A stretch of DNA of 64,000 bases from Camelus ferus (taxonomy: Eukaryota). The stretch lies in the NCBI RefSeq assembly GCF_009834535.1, contig NC_045697.1, forward strand, positions 90,212,001 to 90,276,000. Reading direction: 5' to 3'. A program made the position numbers and the translations under genes. Every line of letters starts with the position of its first letter. Positions within the stretch are counted from its first letter, which is position 1. Positions 25,401 to 39,434 of this stretch are shown in pieces. The notes beneath the pieces were generated by a model that had not been told where the DNA came from, did no database searches, and was given only the letters and a program-made list of their open reading frames with translations.

Positions 25401-25561
25401 TATAGGGGTGGTAGAGTCATCTGGTCTTCCTGATGATGCCTACCAGAAATAATTGTGCCAAAGTCCTTGGTACAACAGACAATAATTACTTGGTTGAATT
25501 TTCCTTTTCCTGTCAATACCCTTTTCCAATATGTATGTATTATGTGTGTTTATATATACAT

Positions 25562-25636
25562 GAGAGAGAGAAGGTGGAGGAGAGAGAGAGAGCAGGTAGA
25601 GAGAGGAGAGGGGAGGAAAGGAGAGAAGAGGAGAGA
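25562..25636 (+). repeat. Imperfect (GA)n purine tract
   Basis: Directly visible. Confidence 0.9.
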
Positions 25637-28600
25637 CTAGGAAGTCTGGTATTTAAAATACTAACCTTGACTACTTCAATATAATATTATGGCTTTCTGC
25701 TAGAGTAAGCTTAAACTGAGTCCAGACACTGTATTTAAATAATAAAATGTACATAGTCATACTCTCAGAATTTGACTTTAGTTTCTTAAAGTATTTATTG
25801 TTCAGTAGATTTGGTAATATTTTCCTTTCAATGGGAATTTTTCTTTTGGGTAAGTGACAGAACTCTAAGCTTCCATTTCATGCTTTCCCTTAAATAACTA
25901 GTTTAGTTAAGCACTGACAGTGACCTTCGCTGTTTATTTAATTCAATATTAAAACTGTTTATTTGACTTCTCTTCCAATGGGGCCATAAAGACAATTAAG
26001 AGAGACAGCCATCTCCCTTTAAGCAACAGGGAGGAAGATAAGAAGATATCACCAATCCAAATAACTAGATACCTAATTAATGTTTTTTCTTTAAGCAGGG
26101 TTTCACCTCTAGAAACTCAGTGTCTGGATAAAACCCAGTACCAAGGCCACTTTGACTACAAAACACAGTCAAAAGTGGAAATGCCAACATGCGTGAACTA
26201 AATATTTGTTATTTCATCATATAGTTAGACCAATCATGGATGATCTTTTCTAACTACTGTTAAAAGAACTAAGCATGTGAACTTCTGAAGAGTAATTACT
26301 GATTTTTTTTTAACTAAATTGCACTTTAGCTATTAACTCAGAGTTCTATTATGTACTTGACCAAATATATTTATAACATTTCCTCTATAATGCTGTGATT
26401 TGTAATTATAATAGCACTTAGTAAGCCTCAGTCATGTGACGAGCACTATTCTAAGCATTTTGCATGGGTTAGCTCACTTTACCTTTGTAATTCAACGAGA
26501 CAGGAACAAATCATGGGAGATAAGGCATAAAGAGTTAAAGTAAATGGTGGTATCATTAGCCTTATTAGCATTCTTAAAAACAGTAACATGCTCAAATAGG
26601 GACTTAGATCTCACAACAAAATTTAAAAATTAAATTTTAAACAACAGTTTCATTCACCACTCAAGAATCTATCCAAGTAACAGGTCTCATCGTGCCTTTC
26701 TTAAGATACAGATGCATGGTGGTTTTGTCAAAGTAAGAATACTTTCATTAACTCAAATATAACTTCTTTCTTAAGAAAGTACATAATTCAAACTTTGACA
26801 CAGTCAAGATATATTTATACCCTTTTCACTACTTAAATATGAGTAGGGTTTTACTATTAGAAAATCCAATAAGAAGTAAATAAATGATGAAAGAGGGCAC
26901 CTACAACCTTAGGAAGCATTAGAACAACCCACAAAGCAGAATATAGCTTAAGACTATTTTAATGTTTTGTAAGTCCTAATGGATATTTGTATTTCAAATA
27001 TTTTCAAAATCATATTAGCCTTATTAAACTATTCTCTCCACCCTTAAATCTGCCTTTCCCCACTTTAAACCAATCAACTCAAAAGGTCTTTGGGGACTGC
27101 CAATTTGGAACATCCTCTGGCTTTGACAACTGGCAGCTGGGATCAATCAGACATAAAATCCAACTTGTCAGCTAAAACCAGTCATGTTTTTTAAGCAAGA
27201 CAATCTGTTAAACAGGTTAGGTCTTAAATTCATGAAAAACATTTGCAAAAAAACATTTTGTACTTGCTCTTCCTAAGCTCTGAGGCTACAGATGTTACAG
27301 ACACTGCCATTCTGGAAACTCTCCCAACCATCTATTATCCTTCACTGAAAATGTGAAGGTATCTTCTGGGCTCTTCAGCTAGCAGGAGAACAGCTTCTGA
27401 TAGTCATGGTTGGGAATAGATATCCTCAAGTGGAAGGAATCCTTGATTCACCCTGGGTAGTTACATAGTAATTTCTTTCTGCTGTGCAACTGATCCAGTT
27501 CATCATAAGCCAATGTCATCACAGTACAGTTAGGCTACCTTCCAGTACTGGCTCTGTCATAAGAAGAAAAATTTATTACAGACATTTCAAAGGAACTACA
27601 GAGCTTATAAATCTAAGTGATCTTAGGCAAGGCACATCTTCTCAAGCTTCAATCTCCTTCTCAGTAAAATGAGAGGACTGGAATGACCAAACTCCAAACT
27701 TCTTTCCAATTCTTTAATTCCATTATTCTACTTCTTCCCATTGCTTTTACTTAGCTGGAAGCCTACAACACTCCCTCACCATTGTCAGCTCTTATAGTTA
27801 TCCAGGATCATAGTGAGTCAGTCCCCAAAGAGCATTATGCCATAAATAATGATGAGTTAGACGGATATTTTTTCAGACTTCATCATACTAAGCAAAGAAT
27901 AGGAAGGCTTCAAAATAGATAAATGTTGTTGTTCCCCATGGCACCTCAATTTGATTCTCATTACATTTCAATATCATAAAATCTTGACACTTTCACGACT
28001 GCTATCAAAGTAGGCAAATATACCCAGGCAAATAATCATTCTCCTTGGCTTTGCTCTAGGTAAACATCATTGATGATGCCTTTTCCTCCCATCAAGCCAA
28101 GACCACTCTCAGAATCCTCAAGTCATCCTTCCAGACAGCTACCACCAATTATTCAGAATTGGCAAGAGTGAAAGAATACATGTGAAATTATGGCATATAC
28201 ATTAATTGGTATCAACCCAAACTCAACTGTGATTTATATGTCTCTAACTGGTATGTCCAGAGGCATACACTCGTTTTCTTTCCACAAAGCATCTCCTTCT
28301 CTTTCTACGTTCCTATTTTTATAAATGGCAATTCCAATAATCCAAACTCCAAATGAGATGTTTTACCTGATTCTTATATCTAATCAATCAAGTTCTGCAA
28401 ACTTAACTTCCTAAGTGGTTTTCAGATGTATTCTCTACATTCTGAATAACACTTTCCTAATCTGAAACCTTATTTTTCTTCAAACAAATTGCAGTAGCTT
28501 TTTAACTAGGTTACCTTGCCAATGGTCTTGAGAATATCATGTTTCCCTACTAAACCCCTGAATGAATCCTAACACATACTAGCATGACAGCCTCAGGTTA

Positions 28601-28899
28601 TTCAAATACCTTACATGGTGGCTCAGAGTTTCATAAGCATGTAAAAGTTGCGTGGTCTTTTATAACCTAGTCCTGGAAGTCAGCATCGTGTCTACAACAC
28701 TCTACTAGACAAAGCAGCCACAAGTCCACCCAGATTCAAGGTACACTTGATGGTACATTTGATGGGAGGAGTGTCAAAGAAGTTACAATCATGTTTTAAA
28801 ACGACCATATCCAGCTCTCTCATGTTATGCTCTAGAAAAACTGAACTAGTACTTCCTCAGTTATGACACTGCACATGATGTTTTCCCAGCATGGAATAC

Positions 28900-29385
28900 T
28901 GTGATAGTTAATTTTATGTGTCACCCTGCCCAGGGCACAATATGACCAGACAGCTGGTTAAACATTATTTCTGGATGTGTCTGTGAGGGTGTTTCCAGAA
29001 GAGGTTAGCATCTGAGGTTGTAGACTGAGTAAAGCAGACGGCCCTCCCCAATATGTGTGAGCATCACTCAGTCCACTGAGGGCCTGAAGAGAACAAAAAG
29101 GCGGAAGGCTGAATTAAGTCTGCGCATCTACTTGAGCTGGGACACTGATCTTCTATTGCCCTTGGCACTCCTGGTTCTCAGGCTTCAGGGTCAGCCTGGA
29201 ACCTATACTGTCAGCTCTCTGACCCTTAGGCCTTCAAACTACACAAATGGCTTTCCAGGGTCTCCATTTTGCAGGTGGCATATCGTGGGATTTCTCAGGC
29301 TCTAAATTCATGTGAGCCAATACCTTATAATAAATCTGTTCATATAGATCTCCTTGATTCTGTCTCCCTGCAGAACCCTAATACA
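28900..29385 (+). mobile_element. MLT2 (ERVL) solo LTR
   Basis: tgtgatagttaattttatgtgtca...aacattatttctggatgtgtctgtgagggtgtttcc...gaaccctaataca. Confidence 0.9.
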
Positions 29386-29527
29386 GATATTCTCCTTCCC
29401 CTCCCTGGAAAACCCCTACTCACTCCTCTAATATCATCAAAATACTACTTCCACTGTGAGAGCTTCCCTGTCTTGCCAAGTGAACTTGAACTCCTTCCAC
29501 ACTCCAGTAAGATCTCAACTCCTAGAC

Positions 29528-29672
29528 CAGGGCTTCTCAAGGATACAGATAACTTGGGATCATATTAAGATTCAGACTGATTCAGTAGGTCTAAGGTGGA
29601 ATCAAAGGTTCTGCATTTCTTACAAGTTCCCATGGATTTATAAGTTGCTGTACCAATCAGTTTGAATAGCAA
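29528..29672. mobile_element. MER5-type MITE
   Basis: cagggcttctcaa...tgattcagtaggtct..ggtgg...tctgcatttct.acaagttccca. Confidence 0.7.
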
Positions 29673-30194
29673 AAGGCCACTCCAAGAGCCTACTCTAATT
29701 GCTGGTCCAGAGTGGAGTGCTCCATCCAAGGAAAGGACTGTGGTACAGGGGCAGGTTGCAGACCATGCAACTGGGAGAGAGGCCAGAGTGGAACAGGAGG
29801 AAATACAGCAGGCACCTAAGAGCAGGCTGATTGTTAAAATGTGCGTATTTCTGAGAAAGGGAAAGGAAAATTTGCCAAGAGGAGGGAAATCAGAGGAAAC
29901 AAGGCAAAAGCTAACGAAGGTTTTAAGTGAAGGGTGGGAAGCAGAGAATGGAAAAATCCCAGAGCTAATTAAAAGGTATTTGTAAAAGCTTTCTGCAGGT
30001 TAGAGATAGGAAGGGAGCCATTAGGGCACTAGGCTAAAATTAATATTTTTCAAACTTTTTGCCTACATCTCCACTGAGGCAATCCTCTTTTTATACTGAA
30101 TTTTTAAATCTGCATATCTCTGTCTAAATTCTACTTACCATAAGCTTCCTGAGAACATGAACTGGTTTATTTGAGAATGGTATTTAAGAGCATG

Positions 30195-30670
30195 CATATG
30201 CTTTCTGGGTTCCTATCAACTCTGCCACCACCTGGTTTGGGATCTTAGGGAGTTTTTTGGGGGTTTTTTGTTTTGTTTTTGTTTTCATTTCCCTTAGCAT
30301 AAAATAAGGGATAATAATAATAGTAATGTCCACACATAGAAATTTTGAAAGTATAAAAAGAGAATACATGTACAAGTGTTTAGCCTGGACACAGTAGGCC
30401 TTAAATTAGTGTCTGATATTATTATAGGGAGGGAGCATGATGTCTAAGAGTCTGGGATGAGAATCAAACTACCAGTCTAAAAATCTCTTGCTCTCCTATT
30501 TACCAGTTGTCTGACCTTGAACATGGTTCTTAACTCCTCTGAGCCTCAGTTATTTCAACTGTAAAACTGACATGCTCATAGTGTCTACTTAATAGAATTA
30601 AGAGAATTGAGATTATCCACCCCTGATACATGCAATAAACTATCACTGAATGCTAGTTATTACGGTTAGT
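30195..30670 (+). mobile_element. Two adjacent MIR SINEs
   Basis: ctctgcc.c...ataaggataataataatag, and tgaccttgaaca...ctctgagcctcagtt...ctgtaaaa. Confidence 0.7.
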
Positions 30671-33484
30671 AGCAGTGGCAGCATGATAACACAATCTCGC
30701 AGACAGTGGACTTTCTACACATAATTGTTGAATGACTGACTACATCAATGGCTGTAGAAAAGATTAACATTGATCTCAGCAATTTCATTTCCCTCTAACA
30801 CTTTAAAATATTGCCAAATACTAAGGGAAAATTTTTTCTTAGGACTCATGCAAGAAGGAGATCAAGTAGAGACACTGGACCCCCATCTATCTTCACTTTC
30901 ATCTTTTGTTATAGGTTAAGCTTCCATGTAAACTTCACTTCAAAAATTGTTTCCACAACTAAAAAAATAAAGATTATATCATAATTTCCATAAGTATGTA
31001 TTCTCCTACAAATCACAAAGAACAGAAGAGAATAAAATATCTGGTTACACTCATGCTAATAGGTGTAAATATCTGAACAATAATAAAAATTAAATGAAAG
31101 GCAGCTATATCATCACACCATTCCTCATTCCTCTACTGCCTCAGAATCTAAAAATGAAATTAGCTGGGAACAAATATGACACTGACCAACCTGTCAGAAT
31201 TAGTATTGTGCTGCTGTAATGGCAAAAGAATTAACAGAGATAATAGGCCTAGTTCCAGTACACATGGTGGGAAACCTCTTGCTGACAGAAAGAGGATAGG
31301 ATTCATCTCAGCATTCCACTGAACATTTAAAGTAAAAACCACAACTCAACTGCACCCCAAAGAATTAGAATCTAGAAGACATGTTATTATCCCATATTAC
31401 AATAAGTGTCTGGACTAGAATCCTTTAGAAGAGTCACATCCTCTCCCAACTAGTGCTTGTTAAATAAGTGCATTTTTGGTGGCAGGAAGATGTTTTCTTT
31501 TACTTCATATTCATGTTGTTAAACATGGAATAAAGTCAAACATACTTGGTTTCATGAATTCATACAATCTTTTCTCTTGTCTTCTATTGGATTTGGGAGT
31601 GTCACAAAACTTTAAATTTCAGAAGGGAAATATTCCACAATTTCTTTCACATGCAATTCAAAGCTTTTCCTTCTGAAAATTAGCACCAGGCAGGCACCAG
31701 AGACGCCCCTTAAGAGAAGTTATGCATATTCCCATGGCTACATATTACAGACATTTCCATCTTAATGAAAATCCTCCCCACTGGTGTGTTTTCTGTAGGC
31801 TCAATTACACAGTGTTCTTTACATAAGTAGTGAGCCCTACAGTCCATGCAGATGGGGATAATAGAAATCAAAAGATTGGACCAACCATATTCTGAAGATT
31901 ATCGAGCAGAAGAAAATAATAATCACCAATGAATTTTAGTCTTATTTTCCCAAATGATGACACTGAAAACAAAAACCTATCCACCACACTCAGGAATTGA
32001 GGTTCACTATATAATACAGCAACAGATAAGGACACGTGGTTTTCATTAGGAGGTAGTAGTTGCCTAAGGGCTATGGAATATATGAATTCTGGCTGCTCAT
32101 GAGCCACGCCTTAATAAAAAAAAATCTTCAAAGACTATGACCTGGGCCAAGGAGCCTTTTATTACTAGAAGACACTTTGGTTCCCAAATCCCATTATAGA
32201 ATTGCCATGAAATGACCTACACCTCATAGAAGAATCCAATTTCCCAGGTGGATCTAAGGAACCAACCTTCACACGAAGCCAGTCCCAAATCCCAAAGCTG
32301 TCCATCTAAGGGAAGCAAGGGTCTGCCTTCATAAAGAAAATGTCTGATAGAATCTGTCTAATCAATTAATCTCAACTTTGTATGGGGAAAGTAGGGACAA
32401 GTTACCTTTATATACCAATTTTAAAAAAACATAGAATTTGAGAGATGTTGCTGTTATGAGTATACTTTACATTTGAAATGCAAACAAGGAAAAAAAGGAA
32501 GTAAATGCTAAATAAATAAAAATATGTGAGAAAAAGGGGAAATTTATTTAGTACTCATATAATTATTTATAACTGTTTATACAGTGAATAACCAAACATT
32601 AATTATTCTCTCTTTTTAAATAAATATTTTGGAGTTAAATAAAGACACAATTATTCAATTAATTTTTCATTTCTTCACATGTAATACTGAAATAGAATCT
32701 TACACCTGGGTTCTAATCAAATCAAAAGATAAGTAACAAGGGCATAAATGCTGTGGTGAACCCTGTTCTCCTCCCCTCCCTCCACCCCTCAAGCCAATCT
32801 TCCCACAGACACTACCATTTAAACCACAAACTACAGACTGGGTCTGAGGACTCGCTCAGTGTCTATGAATTTTTCTAGAGTGGAGAGGGCCTTTCTCTAT
32901 CACATGTGTATCCCTACAAACACAAAAAGGAATAAAAGGGAAAATATTGGGAATAAAAGAGACTATATATCCTACGTGCTCACCCAGTAGCTTCTGTCTC
33001 AGAATAAATAAATGTTTCACAAGACAGAGTAAATACCCTCTAAGGTTTCTCACGTGCTACTCTATTCCCCGTGGCCCCCAAACTGTCAATTTATGAAACT
33101 CATCCCTACTGTGAACGATTAATGGAATACTTTTGCTTATATATAAAATGTATTTCATCTCTTATTGGGTAGATGGAGAGATGCAAATAGCTTATGAGGA
33201 TAATCAGCATTACTCCCCCATACTGTGTGGTCCAGAGATCTTATTTTCAGGTTTTATCAACACCACTGTCAACACGGTTAAAATTTTCATGGCAATCAGT
33301 TCATCTTATGTTGGTAATACCATGAGTTTGTCCAGAAACTTTTCATCAATATTCATCAGTCAGGGAAAATATTTCAATGATGGAAGCATATTACTTATAT
33401 TTTAATGTGTGTTATAGAGTAGGAAAACTCGTCACTTAGGCCTCCTCCAAGGCAGGTAACTCTCTAATTATAATTTCCACGAAA

Positions 33485-33690
33485 AACTACTACTAACATT
33501 TATTGAGCTCCTCCTATGTGTCATTCCTGTTAGAGACACTTTGTATGTACCATATCATTAAATCTACACAACAATCCAGTAAATTAGGTACTATTTTATC
33601 CTTTTACAGATGAAAAAAACTTCAGAAAGATCGGGATTTAAATCAAAGCAAGATGAATCCAGTTGTGTGCATTTAATTATTCTATTAGCC
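33485..33690 (-). mobile_element. MIR SINE
   Basis: taacatttattgagctc...taggtactattttatccttttacagatga. Confidence 0.7.
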
Positions 33691-33878
33691 CTCACTCCCT
33701 ATAACTTGAAATCTGAAAAAAAAAATGTTTTTAAAGCAACATTTGAAAGATATTGGCTGTGTTGGTTCATGTCACTTGCACTGCAGTGTTTCTTGGCTGC
33801 CTAATATGTAAATGAAATATTCTAAAATTTATTTTTGCTGTCCTGGCTCTTTTTCGGGATGAGGAGGGATAACCTTAC

Positions 33879-33922
33879 CTGTGTAGGTAAAGTAGCACAT
33901 GCTTGTTGAAGGTTCCATCCAC
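33879..33922 (-). other. Candidate exon (44 nt)
   Basis: Strong acceptor atctttctcttgctattcag|gt and donor cag|gtaagg. All three frames are open but none gives a recognised peptide. Confidence 0.6.
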
Positions 33923-36900
33923 CTGAATAGCAAGAGAAAGATACTTCGTATAGACTCCTTTCCTCTCTAGGTACAACAACAATTTAAATTTCTCCTTTAA
34001 AACCCATTTGCATGGTCCATCTGTTCCAATTGGCTACTCTCCTGTTTCATGGTGGCTACAGGAGGGAGGTGAGGAATCTACTTGCTGGGGGAGAATCAAG
34101 CAACATTGTATTCATTAAATTCATGCATCACTGTTGTAAATACACACAGGGGCCAGGGTGATGATGAGTGCATTTTATAAATCAAATAAATGAATAATAA
34201 CTTCTAGAGGCTGCTAAATGTAAAATGTTTGAAGAACAGAAACCAAATGAATACAAACTGTGTTCAAGGGTTACCCTTTCCAATTAAAACATACACTGAA
34301 AATGTTAACCTGATTCATAATCTAAATAAAACTCCCTTTCTGAATGGTTTTCCATCTTTATGAATTTTTTTATTACAACAGAAGTTAACCAAATGAAAGT
34401 CATCCTTAATGAATTCAATACTTTTAACTTTCTGAAATAAAAAGAAAAAAATGAAAAGAAACATAAAAACTGCCATATTTCTAAAAGTTCTCCTGCACAC
34501 ACATCTCAAATGCTAGGCTTTTGCTCTTGTCTTTAGGGACTGACTTAAAAATTCAGAAACTATTTTTTGTGAAAAAGACAGAAAAATGAAAGGGAGAAAG
34601 AACTAGAGGTCAGGAGGGAGTGAAGGAGTAAAGAAAGTAAAGAAATTTCAAAAAAGAAAAATGAGAAATGAAAAGGGGATAGTTCAAATATCTGTAAGAA
34701 CCAACACACTGAAATTAATAAAATAAAATTCAAGGTTCAAGGTCACCAAGCTTTGAAACTTAACTGAAAATAAACTTTATTTTTCAAAATAGCAAAATAT
34801 ACAGAATCTATTAAAACTGGAGCAAATGAAGCAGAAATTCATTGCAAACTTTCAGCACATTATTTTCTTTTCCAATTTTTGGTTTATATGTGCTATTTTC
34901 AACATCAGTTTCTATGGTGTGACTACTAATCAGGCTGACGGTATTCTGCTAGGCATTGTGGGCTAACCAGAGCATGGTTAGATTTGATTTTAAAGAAATA
35001 AGCCCTACCTTTTAAACCAACAGAACATCTATTAATTGGAACATGAGGTTTGAAATTAAGAATAATTTGCCTAAAGTGATATCCCCTTAAATCAATGGGA
35101 AATCTACAAATTAAAAACATCTTCTTTTTCCTACTGATCTGAAATAAATTACAATAAGGAAACAAAATAAGAAAGGATAGAAAGAAATGTACAATCTAAG
35201 GACACACACATCAGTCTTTCAATTATTAGGGCAAGTAGGCAACAATCCACCCCAGTCTTTGATCACAGCACTTTGCTCTAATGTGGCACAGAGATCTGTC
35301 ATTTTATGTGGGTGCCATAACATGAAAAATGTAAGGAAACATTGCTGCAAGGACTTGAAGTTTCACTGGATGTATTAAAACCACAGATGTCATCATACTG
35401 TGAATCCTCATAAATTTCTTTAAGAAACAACTAGATTTTTAAAATATTGATTCCCTATTATAACTAAATTATGTGTGATCCTCTTTTTTAGCCACAATGT
35501 GATTAAATCCTTACAGAAGCTTTTTGTCACTCAGCCTAACTTTATATTAGTAAAAAACACATTATTAAACATTTGGGAAAATATAGTATTTTAGTTGGTG
35601 AATGACCATCATTCTAAAGTCATTTTCCATGTTAAAAAAAAAAAAAAGACTTTCTCTTGATTAAAAGAGATCTTTCTTGAATAAAATATACTAGTAATAG
35701 GATGGAAAGTAGGGAATAAGGACTCAGCCTCTTTTGCATAACGTAGTATGACCAGGAGGCACAAATGTGTCCTCTGAACAAAGGCTCATGACATCTGCTG
35801 TTCTGGTACCAATCATGAAGGCATCACATCCACCTTTCTCCACGATTGTCCTTATGCCCTTAAACTCTAAGTTCTATATTACTTTTAGAAAGGTTCCCAC
35901 AGCACCTCCCTAGAACATGGAGCACTAATAGTAGAGATAGAACTCCCGAAGGGTATAGCAGATCTGCTGGAATTCTACAAAAACGTTCCAGAAAAATAAG
36001 TACAACTCCACAAATAGACAATCTTTGGGGTTTTTTTTTTTTATGAAGAGACCTATAAAACTCGGAGAAAAAATTCTCAAAATTTTGAACTGTTTTGGCA
36101 CAGCCTCATTAATAGAAGATATTTAATACCAAAAAAAGAGTACAGAATCAATGACTTCTACATAAACATAAAACTTTTACTTCAGTTTTTACTACTCACT
36201 GTTAATAGGTTTTTTTTCTCTTGAGAAAAAAATAGGGTTTTATTTAGCAGAATATTTGTACATGAAGAAAGACTAAAAATATCTAAGAGTGACCAATCAT
36301 CAATCAACTTTTAAAACTTGTGCTCCAAGCCAAGTGATCACTAGAGAATTTGGTGTTTGTTTACTTGTAACTGGCTTTTACTGAATATAACCAGGCCATA
36401 GATTCACAAAGGATGCCTTCTAAATGAAAGTAAAGAGAGAAATTAGAGGAACTTTTCCACTGAAAATTCACAAATTAGTTCAGACAGATCTGGAAAATTA
36501 TAAAGGAAATAAAGTAAATGCATGTGACTGATAATAGACTCTGGTTTATGTATGTTAGATTTGGTGGTTTTGCCATGCAGATGACTACAATGAACTCTTT
36601 TTACTCCATCATTTTTATCTCATCTGTTTGGTACTAAGGTTACTCCCCTTAAACTTCTCAGCCTTAGCCCAAAGGTTTGATTTTCAAATCTAGCCATAAG
36701 CTAGTATAAGCCCAGCCCAAATATATCTCAAATAATAGAACAATGTTTCATTGAGTTTCCTTTGATGTTGCATTGCACTGTTCACGTCTTCTGGCAGAGC
36801 GGATGAAAGCTATTGATATAAGGTATCCAGTCAAAGACATGTGTTTACAATTACAGCCTTCAAAATAAAGAGAGGATACATAACCATATCCCTTGGGGTA

Positions 36901-38851
36901 TGGAAATTACACCATTAGAGAAGAATGGCCAGAGGCCAATGGTTTGTACTGGTATACCTAATGAACAGTGTATTTCCATCTCCAAATGCACATTCTATTT
37001 ATAATAACATACGCTATTTTTTAGATGAACAGAAAAATTAGGCATACCTGGCACAGCTACATAACTAAAGGCTTGAAAATATTACATTGATAAAGCATAA
37101 TAGTATCTGGCACAGGAAAGGCATGTTTAGATGAGGGCATGCTGGGAAGAGGTGCTTACACACACCACAAGCAAAATTACACCCTGTTGTATAGAAGAGA
37201 GTACACAAGACAGAATTTGGGAGATGAGGTCTCTGTATTACACTTTGAACTGTTACCAAATAGCAGCTTCAGAACCAATCAGCAAACTCCTCCAGTGACC
37301 TGGATAATAGGCAATTTCCAAGTTTCAAGGGCAGAGTGGTAGTGTAAATTCTATGATGTCAAGACCAGCGATAGAAGGGTGGACTCCACATTAGATTCTG
37401 AGCTCATAAAATTTGAAAGAAACTTAAGGGCTGCCACATGTCCTGGCTCTTGCTCAAATTCCCTTGCCTGCACTGAATCAGGAAAGAGGGAAGTAAAAAC
37501 TGCTCACCTAAGGGGTTATGAACCCACAACCTGATCAATGAGCACTAATGTTGGTAACCATTGGTGCATCTTTTTTTTTTCTACTTGTGAAACAGGAAGG
37601 AGAATGCAAAAATCACTATAAGAACGATAGAAAAATAAGAAAATCTGGCAAGTCACTTCAGCTGCACTGAAACACTGAAACCTCAGGGAAGCTGATATGT
37701 GCCATATGTTACTCATTATACCAGAAAAATAAGGAGAAAATGCTATGAGGAGCAACCCTATAGTCCAGCAAGAAAAGGGAAAGAAGTAATGGGCAATGCT
37801 GTGGAACTAGTTATTTCATAGTGAAAGCTGGCTGTCATAGCTCAGTGCATGTTTACAGCTTTTCAAGGTGTCACATAACAAGCCCATCAAAAGTACATTT
37901 TCCTTAAATTTACAGGTAAAATCATTATTTACAATTCTTACCAGAGTAAAACAGACTCATATGAGCCAAGAGAAGAACCCCACAGGCCTTCAATCGTAAG
38001 TGCCAATGAGTTCTTATCGTCATCTTTATTAATCTATCCATTCCTAAAAGCTGCCTTGTTTCAGAACTGACAGTTGACTCCACATTTAGTCAGGTACATA
38101 GGAGTTCAAAGAATAAAGGTAGATTTTTGAAAAGCAAAACAGAAGGTAAACATAACTTCTAGTCACTTAGTAAATTAGTATAAAATGTTAAGATTCAGAA
38201 GCTCAACAATATATTTTAATGCTTTGAAGTGAATTGTGTATCTTAATACAGCATGTACAAGAATAACAAAAGAAAAAAGGATTTTTTTATGCTTTTTCAA
38301 AAGGGCTTTGGAACTTCTGAAAAATATAGGTAATGGCAATACATTCAAAGGCACTTAACCTTGGCCATAAGAGAAACTTCTTTACTTTAAGATCTATGAG
38401 GCACTGCAGTGTGCTGTCAGGATGAGCTGTAAAGTCTCCAATGATATACAATTTTGTCAATAGAGTATAACCCATGAGTCCAAGGCCAATTAGATAGCAA
38501 TACACTCAGGGCCAAAAGGAAGGTATCAGATATAAAAATTGCTTCAGGGTCTGACAGTCAACACGTCTAGTGATAAAAATGCAATCTGCATCACAGTTTT
38601 ATTTCTCTAATTCCTTCAAAGGTTAAAGAATCATGGAATGATAGCATCTTAAACCTGAATCTTCAGAGATCTTCTAGTCTCTTTCATTTTACAGATGTAC
38701 AGTGTTACATTATACAATACGTAACTGAAATACAAAGCTGTGAACAGAGAAATCTAAATTTACTCCACAGCTCCTACATTCCCAGTTAAATTGATGGGCA
38801 AAACTCTAGCCATCTTACATTTAAATTTAGTTTGACCCTGTCCCCATAAGT

Positions 38852-38988
38852 GGGGGTTGAGTATAGCTCAAGTGGTAGAATACATGCTTAGCATGCACAA
38901 GGTCCTGGGTTCAATCCCCAGTACCTCCATTTAAAAAATAATAAAATAAATAAACCTACTTACCTCCCTCTAAAACAAATGAAAAAAC
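38852..38988 (+). mobile_element. Vic-1-type tRNA-Ala-derived SINE (camelid-specific)
   Basis: A box tagctcaagtgg, AGC anticodon arm catgcttagcatg, B box ggttcaatccc, then an A-rich linker, aaacctacttacctccc and an A-tail. Confidence 0.85.
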
Positions 38989-39371
38989 ACTACCTAATAG
39001 AACTCTCTGCTCCCTGCCAAAAGAAAAATGCAGTAGTTTTTTTTTTTCTTTTATCATTTGGGCCCTCATAGTCACCAAAATTAATTTTTGAATCATTTTT
39101 CCTTGTGGTAATTACCCTAAAAACCTCTATGTAAGTGCCATGAGAAAAAAAAATTGAGAGGAAAAAAACACTTTTTGCTTGTTTAACCATTATTTAAAAA
39201 AAAAAAAAGATTGATTCAGAATGCTGAAAAACTGAATGAAGTAGCTTATTTTTGCTCAGTCATGGAAGTAGATGCTTCTACCAGAAAAAAAAAGGTCTCA
39301 ATGAATATCTGACCAGCTATTTGGAAGGTAGGTAGGTGAGAATCACCCTTTGGTGATTCAGAACGACCAAC

Positions 39372-39434
39372 CTGAGATAGCAGACAGAGGTTGTAGGTTG
39401 CCTTCTTTGTAATCAGCAGAAGTTTTATAAGAGT
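39372..39434 (-). other. Candidate exon (63 nt)
   Basis: Acceptor is a long T-run + ccag|ac; donor cag|gttggt. Length is divisible by 3, with two open frames (TLIKLLLITKKATYNLCLLSQ and SYKTSADYKEGNLQPLSAIS), neither recognised. Confidence 0.6.

Noticed and set aside
32005..32035. Resemblance to miR-374-like sequence (atataatacagc)
   Set aside because: Only a partial match, with no pre-miRNA hairpin around it.
36760..36857. Minus-strand acceptor ctctctttattttgaag with a tctttgactgg word shared with the 54-nt exon
   Set aside because: There is no convincing donor, and an 11-nt match is within chance.
37503..37567. Reverse tRNA-like head (MamSINE1-like)
   Set aside because: Too short and degenerate to call without an HMM.
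38852..38928. tRNA-Ala(AGC) gene
   Set aside because: The acceptor stem and arms are imperfect, and it is followed by a SINE-type A-rich tail rather than an oligo-T terminator, so it is a SINE head.
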